Shown here in pieces: positions 57,835 to 64,000 of a stretch of DNA of 64,000 bases. The position numbers and the translations under genes are program-made. The stretch lies in the NCBI RefSeq assembly GCF_009914755.1, contig NC_060928.1. One strand, given 5' to 3'. A model generated the notes under the pieces. That model worked only from the letters and a program-made list of their open reading frames with translations, did no database searches and was not told the origin of the DNA. This stretch comes from the human T2T-CHM13v2.0 reference genome, Homo sapiens. Position 1 is the stretch's first letter, and each line of letters starts with the position of its first letter.

Positions 57835-58346
57835 TTTAATTTTATTTTTAATTGACAAATAATAATTGCATGCTTGCCATTAAAGAGCTATATCTAAAGG
57901 TCATTTTTAGCTTTTCAGTTGTTTAGTCCTACAGAAACTGAAAAAAAAAAAAAAAAAAAAAAGAAAGAAAGAAAAGTTTTCTCCCAGGTCAGAGACCATA
58001 GGTCACTGCTACTTCCGCACCTGAGAACTAATTCTAATTTCCCTCTAGTTTCCTTCACAAGCCACATGCTAGACGTGGGAAAACTAGGCATCCCTAACAG
58101 AAAAGATGTCATGCTAGAGAGAATATGGGCAGGTCTTGCTCACAGTAAATGACATATTTTTCACTTTTTGTGGGTAATATCTCTTTTGTAACTTTGTACT
58201 CGTCTAGTATTAGATAATACATTGCTACTAATTTCAGTGAAGACGATTGGGTTTGCTTCTTTTGTTTTAAACAAACCCTCTAAAAAAGAGAAGTCAGTTC
58301 TCACTGTTTGGAGAGGCAAGAATGGATTGACTACTAACAGCAGAGA

Positions 58347-59070
<724 letters not shown>

Positions 59071-59460
59071 TGATATACATAAATAATTTAGCTGTCTGCT
59101 TTGCCACCTCATATGGAAGTATTTGTAAACAATACGGAAAACAAGACATTGAGAAGCCAATAGATCTTTATTCCTTTGGAAGCTTTTCTGATTTGAGTTC
59201 TCTTTTAAAGACATAAACTGATAAAATGCCGAGTACAGTAAATATATGTATAAGCCAGACTCGTTCCCATTACAGACTCAATCTTGATGGGATGGGGTTG
59301 GATGCAATGGTGAGGGAGTGACTATACTATGGACAGCTAGGAATTTCCTAGGTGAACCTGTTGGGAGGCTCCTTCTCTTGCCCTGCACCCACCTTGATGT
59401 TTGTCTCAACAGGAGGCTTTATTGAAGTTTTCATGAGGAGATTGGGATGGAAATGGAGGC

Positions 59461-60324
59461 TGCATGGTTTAGCCAACTAGGCTTCCATAACAATATATCA
59501 TAGACTGGGTGACTTACACAGCAGACATTTCTTTCTCACAGTCCTGGAGGCTAGAGGTGCCAGCAAACTCAGTGTTTGATGAGGGTGCTTCCTGGGTTGC
59601 AGCCAGCCACCTTCTTGATGTGTGGTCGCGTGGTCTTTCCTCGGTGTTTGTGTGTAAAGCTGGAGAGAGATCTCTTTCTTCTCATTATTCTTATAAGGGC
59701 ACTAACTCCACCATGGGGGTCCCACCCTCACGACCTAATCTAAATCTCATTACCTACTATAGGTCCCATGTATCAGTCAGTGTTCTCCAGAAAAACAGAA
59801 TAAATAGTAAATAGATAGACAGATGGAGACATACATACATACATACATACATATTATAATATTATAGGAATTGGCTCAAATTATTATGGAGGCCAAAGAG
59901 TCCCACCATCTGACCTCTGCAAGCTGAAGAACCAGAAAAGCCAACAATATTATTCAGTGTGAGCCCAAAGGCCTGGGAATCAGGAGAGCTGGTATCTGAC
60001 GGCAGGAGATGATGTCTCAGATCAAACAGAAACAAATTTGCCCTTTGTTCATCTTTTTATTCTATTCAGACTTCAACAGGTTGGATCACGCCTACTCACA
60101 TTGGTAAGGGTGATCTTTTTTATTCAGTCTCCAGAGTCAAATGCTAATTTTTTCCAGAAACACCCAGAAGTAATCCTTTGGTAGCTATTGGGGTATTCCT
60201 TAGTCCAGTCAAGTTGATGCATAAAATTAACTATCACATTTTGCCTCCAAATACTGTCACACTGGGGCTTAGGACTTCAACACATGAATTTTGGAAGGAC
60301 ACAAACATTTTACCCGTTAATACA
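59461..60324 (-). mobile_element. MLT1A-like LTR interrupted by MLT2
   Basis: catagactgggtgactta...tctcacagtcctggaggctag...ctccaaatactgtcacactggggcttaggacttcaacacatgaattttgg. Confidence 0.82.
59769..60238 (-). mobile_element. MLT2B-like ERVL solo LTR
   Basis: tgtatcagtcagtgttctccagaaaaacagaa...ggaattggctca...ccagtcaagttgatgcataaaattaactatcaca. Confidence 0.85.
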
Positions 60325-60334
60325 AATCAGAATT

Positions 60335-60976
60335 TTTTCAACACTTTTACACTTTTATTTTAGGTTCAGTTGTACATGTGAAGGTTTGTTATTAATATAT
60401 AGGTAAACTTGTGTCACAAGGTTTTGTTTTACAGTTTATTTCATCATCCAGATATTAAGCCTTGTACCCAATAATTATTTTTCCTGCTACTCTCCCTTCT
60501 CCCACCCTCCACCCTAAAGTAGACGCCAGTGTCTGTTGTTCTCTTCTTTGTGTTCATGACTTCTCATCATTTAGCTCCCATGTACAAGTGAGAACATGAA
60601 TTATTTAGTTTTCTGTTCCCGTGTTAATTTGCTAAGGATGATGACCTCCAGCTCCACCCATGTCCCTGCAAAGGACATAACCTCATTCTTTTTTATGGCT
60701 GCATAGTATTCCAAGGTGTATATGCGTCACATTTGCTGTATTCAATCTGTCATTGATGGACATTTAGGTTGATGACATGTCTTTGCTATTGTGAACAGTG
60801 CTGCAATGAACATTTGCATGCATGTGTCTTTATGGTAGAATGACTTATATTCCTCATGTTGCAAAGAAAAGAGAACACTTGTACACTGTTGGTAGAATTG
60901 TAAATTAGTTGAACCATTGTGGAAAGCGGTATGGTGATTCTTCAAAGAGCTAAAAAAGGAACTACCATTTTACCCA
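60335..60976 (-). mobile_element. 5'-inverted (twin-primed) older L1PA15/16-L1PB-like insertion
   Basis: Minus-strand 3' part 60335-60854 fused to plus-strand ORF2 segment 60855-60976; the chimeric ORF 60742-60945 spans the junction. Confidence 0.82.
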
Positions 60977-62018
60977 TAAAACCAGATTTTATATGGAAAA
61001 TTTTTTCTGAATTCTTTCTCTTTATCCTCACCATTTTCTCCAAGTGTCCTATGCTCTTTCCAGAAAATCCTGTTTTCAGCTTCTCCAGCCACACTGGCTC
61101 TTCTTCCTCACAAAATTCCAGTCTCCTGCAGAGCTCACTTGGCAATGCAGAAGTTAGTCAAAATTTCCCCAAATTGAAATTGCAGAGGAGAGTAGAGGAA
61201 TTTGGGCCCACACTTTCTGATGCAACAGCATGGCCAGAGGTACCTGAAAGGACTTCTGAGAGACATGAGCCATACAGCAGCTTACCAGAAAAAGAATTTT
61301 TTAAAAAAGTCTCAACAGGAAGGCATGTTGAAAGAGACACAGGAGGTAGCAAAAATGTGGCTCAAAAGGAACTTAGAGCAATTAGCATGTTAATTCTTTG
61401 GTGAAAAAAATAAACAGATATTGCCCCTCTTTCCTGTTCTCATAGAATTTCAGTCTAGGAGAATAAGCAGACAGTATGTGTGTAATTACACAAATATGCT
61501 CTAAGATCCATGAGGACATCGCTTTGTCTATTTTTGCTTACCATTGTGTCCCCCAAACTGGGAACTGTGCCAAGCACGCAGGAACTCAAGAACTATTTAT
61601 AGACTCAGAGAAGGGAGAGAGGGAGAAGGAATAAAGATGACGCTTGACGATTACTAGGTCATATTTGAGAAGGGGCCCAGGAGGAAGATGAGATATTCAC
61701 AGGAGCCTCTCATGGTAGATGATATCTGTTCAAACCACTGAGGGAAGAGCATGGCGGGAAGACGGCAGAGACTCGGGCGATGATGGCGAGAGGCTGGAGA
61801 TGGGGCAGGAGCTGGACCACCTAGGCCTTCTAGGCTCGCTCAAGATTTTTCACTTGGCTGTTCAATACTATGAGTAATTGAGTTTTCCTCCTAAACCTCC
61901 ATGTGCAATTTTTGGACTAAATTAACTATTAAGTCTTTTTCAGTGTTAGCTTATTATCATCCAATCACTTAAGCAATCTTTCTGAGTCATTCCAGTTTGA
62001 TTAGAATAAAAGTGCTCC

Positions 62019-62481
62019 CTATTCACAATAGCAAAGACATGGAATCAACCCAAATACCCATCAATACTAGATAGACTGGATAAAGAAAAAGTGGCACATA
62101 TACACCATGGAATAATATGCAGCCATAAAAAGGGATGAGATCATGTCCTTTGCAGAGACATGGATGGGTCTGGAAGCCATTATCCTCAGCAAACTAATGC
62201 AGGAACAAAGAACCAGGCACTGCATGTTCTCACTTATAAGTGGGAGCTGAACAATGAGAACATATGGACACATGGTGGGGAACAGCACACACTGGGGCCT
62301 CTTGTTGGGTGGAGTCGGGGGAGGGAGAGTATTAGGAAAAATACCTAATGCAGGTTGGGCTTAATACATGGGTGATGGGTTGATGGGTGCAGCACACCAC
62401 CATGGCACATGTTTACCTATGTAACAAACCTGCATATCCTGTACGTGTACCCCAGAATTTAAAACAAAATAATTTTAAAAA
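62019..62481 (+). mobile_element. 5'-truncated L1PA (PA8-11-like) 3' end
   Basis: attcacaatagcaaagacatggaatc...cccagaatttaaa; TSD agaataaaagtgctcc (62003-62018) / agaatagaagtgctcc (62482-62497). Confidence 0.92.
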
Positions 62482-63457
62482 AGAATAGAAGTGCTCCATC
62501 TCTCAGGTATTTTCCTCTTCTCCACATGTTTTTTCCCTGAAGGGTCCATGAGGGAGAAAGCCTACATGACATAACCAACTGCGTATATGGGGTAGGAGGT
62601 GAGGTATACCCCTGGACTCTGTTGGTTTTTTGGTACACAGTGGTGGCCTGATTTCTGTGAAACTATCCCTAACCTTCTTAGTCACCTAATCCTGCAGCCT
62701 CTTATGCTGCAGTCTGTAACTAGTAAATTTAGGGACCTATTTTTTTTTTAGCAATGCTTTTTAGGAGACCCAGCCAAGATAGTCCTGGTAGACCAAGCTC
62801 CATCTAGGAGCCACTGGATATGACTCCAGAGCCTGAGCTTCTAACCATGTCCTTTGTCATGGAGTCAATTCTTTCTGACAGAGCAGCTCTGCAACAGGCC
62901 AAACATTTCTCCACATACCAAAAGTCCTCCTGGCAACTGCAGCCAGCTTAGATTCTCTTTGGCCTGCCCATGTTGTCAGCCTACGTGGGAATGTGTCCAG
63001 CTTCTGAGCTCTCAGCCTTGAGGAAGTTTTATCCTTGAACCCCAGAATGAATGGAAAAAAAAGGTGGGCCACTATGTTACACTATTTCAGGGAAAGACAC
63101 ATTTAAAAATTATAATTTAAATTATGCACTTTGTGTTGGGCCATATAGAGATTCTGAAGTAAGAGCCTCTGGACCTCCTTGCTATACTCAATGTATCTAC
63201 CACAGTTTACACTCTCTGAGCCTGGGGATGAGAAGTGAGTAGTCACGGGTCTAATTGCATCCCTCGGGGTCAAGCTTTCTTCTTGTTTCTCCTACGCACT
63301 CTTCCATGGAGTGACCCATCACCTCACCGGCAGATGGGGCATCCTCTGTAGTGTCCTCCCTGGCTCCATTGTTAATACATGTTGAGAGGGAGAACAACGT
63401 GTATCTCTTGTGCTCCGTGTCACATCTTTTTCTACCTACCCTTTTACTCTAGACATT

Positions 63458-63890
63458 GTTTCAGCAATCAGTTGCAGACAGGTGTGACCTGATTATGCCT
63501 TGCTTCTGCCACACTGTGTAAGTCTTGCCCCCAGGACTTCTAAGCCTCTGTAGCTTGAGAATCCCCAGAAATGCACTCAAGCATTCTGAAGCATGCCCTA
63601 CCCTGGAAGTGCTAGAGAAAAAAGTTCCTACCCTTAGGGAAATTCATAAGCAAAGGGGTTGATAACCAGGGCATGAGGCTAATCAGGGGGTCTCCAGTGG
63701 GATTGAGCCTCAGCACCCACCCTCCATCAGATTGTGTGATCAATCTGAAAACATACTTTTAAATTGACTTTTCTTTCCCTTTCGCATATGCAGTCACACA
63801 CACCCTCTCTGGGGTCTTTTCCCAAAATAAACCCCCAACTCCACATTCTTCTTGCCTTGGGCTTGTTTTGGAGGAAGCTAGGCTAAGATG
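63458..63890 (+). mobile_element. LTR16-like ERVL solo LTR
   Basis: ccagtgggattgagcctcag; 3' end cccaaaataaacccccaac...gggcttgttttggaggaagctaggctaagatg. Confidence 0.6.
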
Positions 63891-64000
63891 GAGACCTAGA
63901 AGAACAAAAAAGTCCATTTTCATGAAAATAACCTGACTTAAAACTACATAATTTAATTTTATTTCAAAAATTAGAGTATTATCTCAGTGTTTCTCCTAGT

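Noticed and set aside
57908-57975. PolyA run as the tail of a processed pseudogene
   Set aside because: No upstream AATAAA-bearing mRNA-like body and no TSD found.
60919-61404. 161-aa ORF
   Set aside because: Starts inside the inverted L1 fragment, is low-complexity S/F-rich and has no recognisable motif or splice context.
63206-63240. Candidate exon ending at AA|GTGAGT
   Set aside because: Only about 29 nt, with a weak polypyrimidine tract and weak exonic donor positions.

Overview
This is primate (hominoid, human-like) nuclear DNA that is AT-rich and dense in interspersed repeats. I see no host protein-coding gene, RNA gene or CRISPR array. The long ORFs in the track are LINE-1 ORF0/ORF1/ORF2 fragments; the short ones are Alu/LTR read-throughs or chance ORFs. 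The main element is a full-length but disabled L1PA3-like LINE-1 (18060-24086, +) that lacks the ~129-bp ZNF93-binding segment of the 5'UTR. Around it are about 20 Alus/monomers, MaLR/ERVL LTRs, DNA-transposon fossils (MER45A, MER30, MER58A, Tigger3b, MER82, MER2), L2, MIR and old L1 fragments, many nested and with visible target-site duplications (TSDs). The most unusual signal is a set of short non-tandem local duplications. The strongest is a composite insertion at 26325-26880, stitched from 17389-17582 and 31077-31396 and ending in a triplicated 18-mer. Two older templated copies sit inside the L2 at 44.6-47.5 kb, and there is a nested fold-back at 35125-35310. Two twin-primed (5'-inverted) L1s, a one-LTR MaLR and a candidate 71-nt exon are also noted. 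Repeat subfamily names come from remembered consensus sequences and need RepeatMasker/Dfam confirmation. I found no convincing new coding system.
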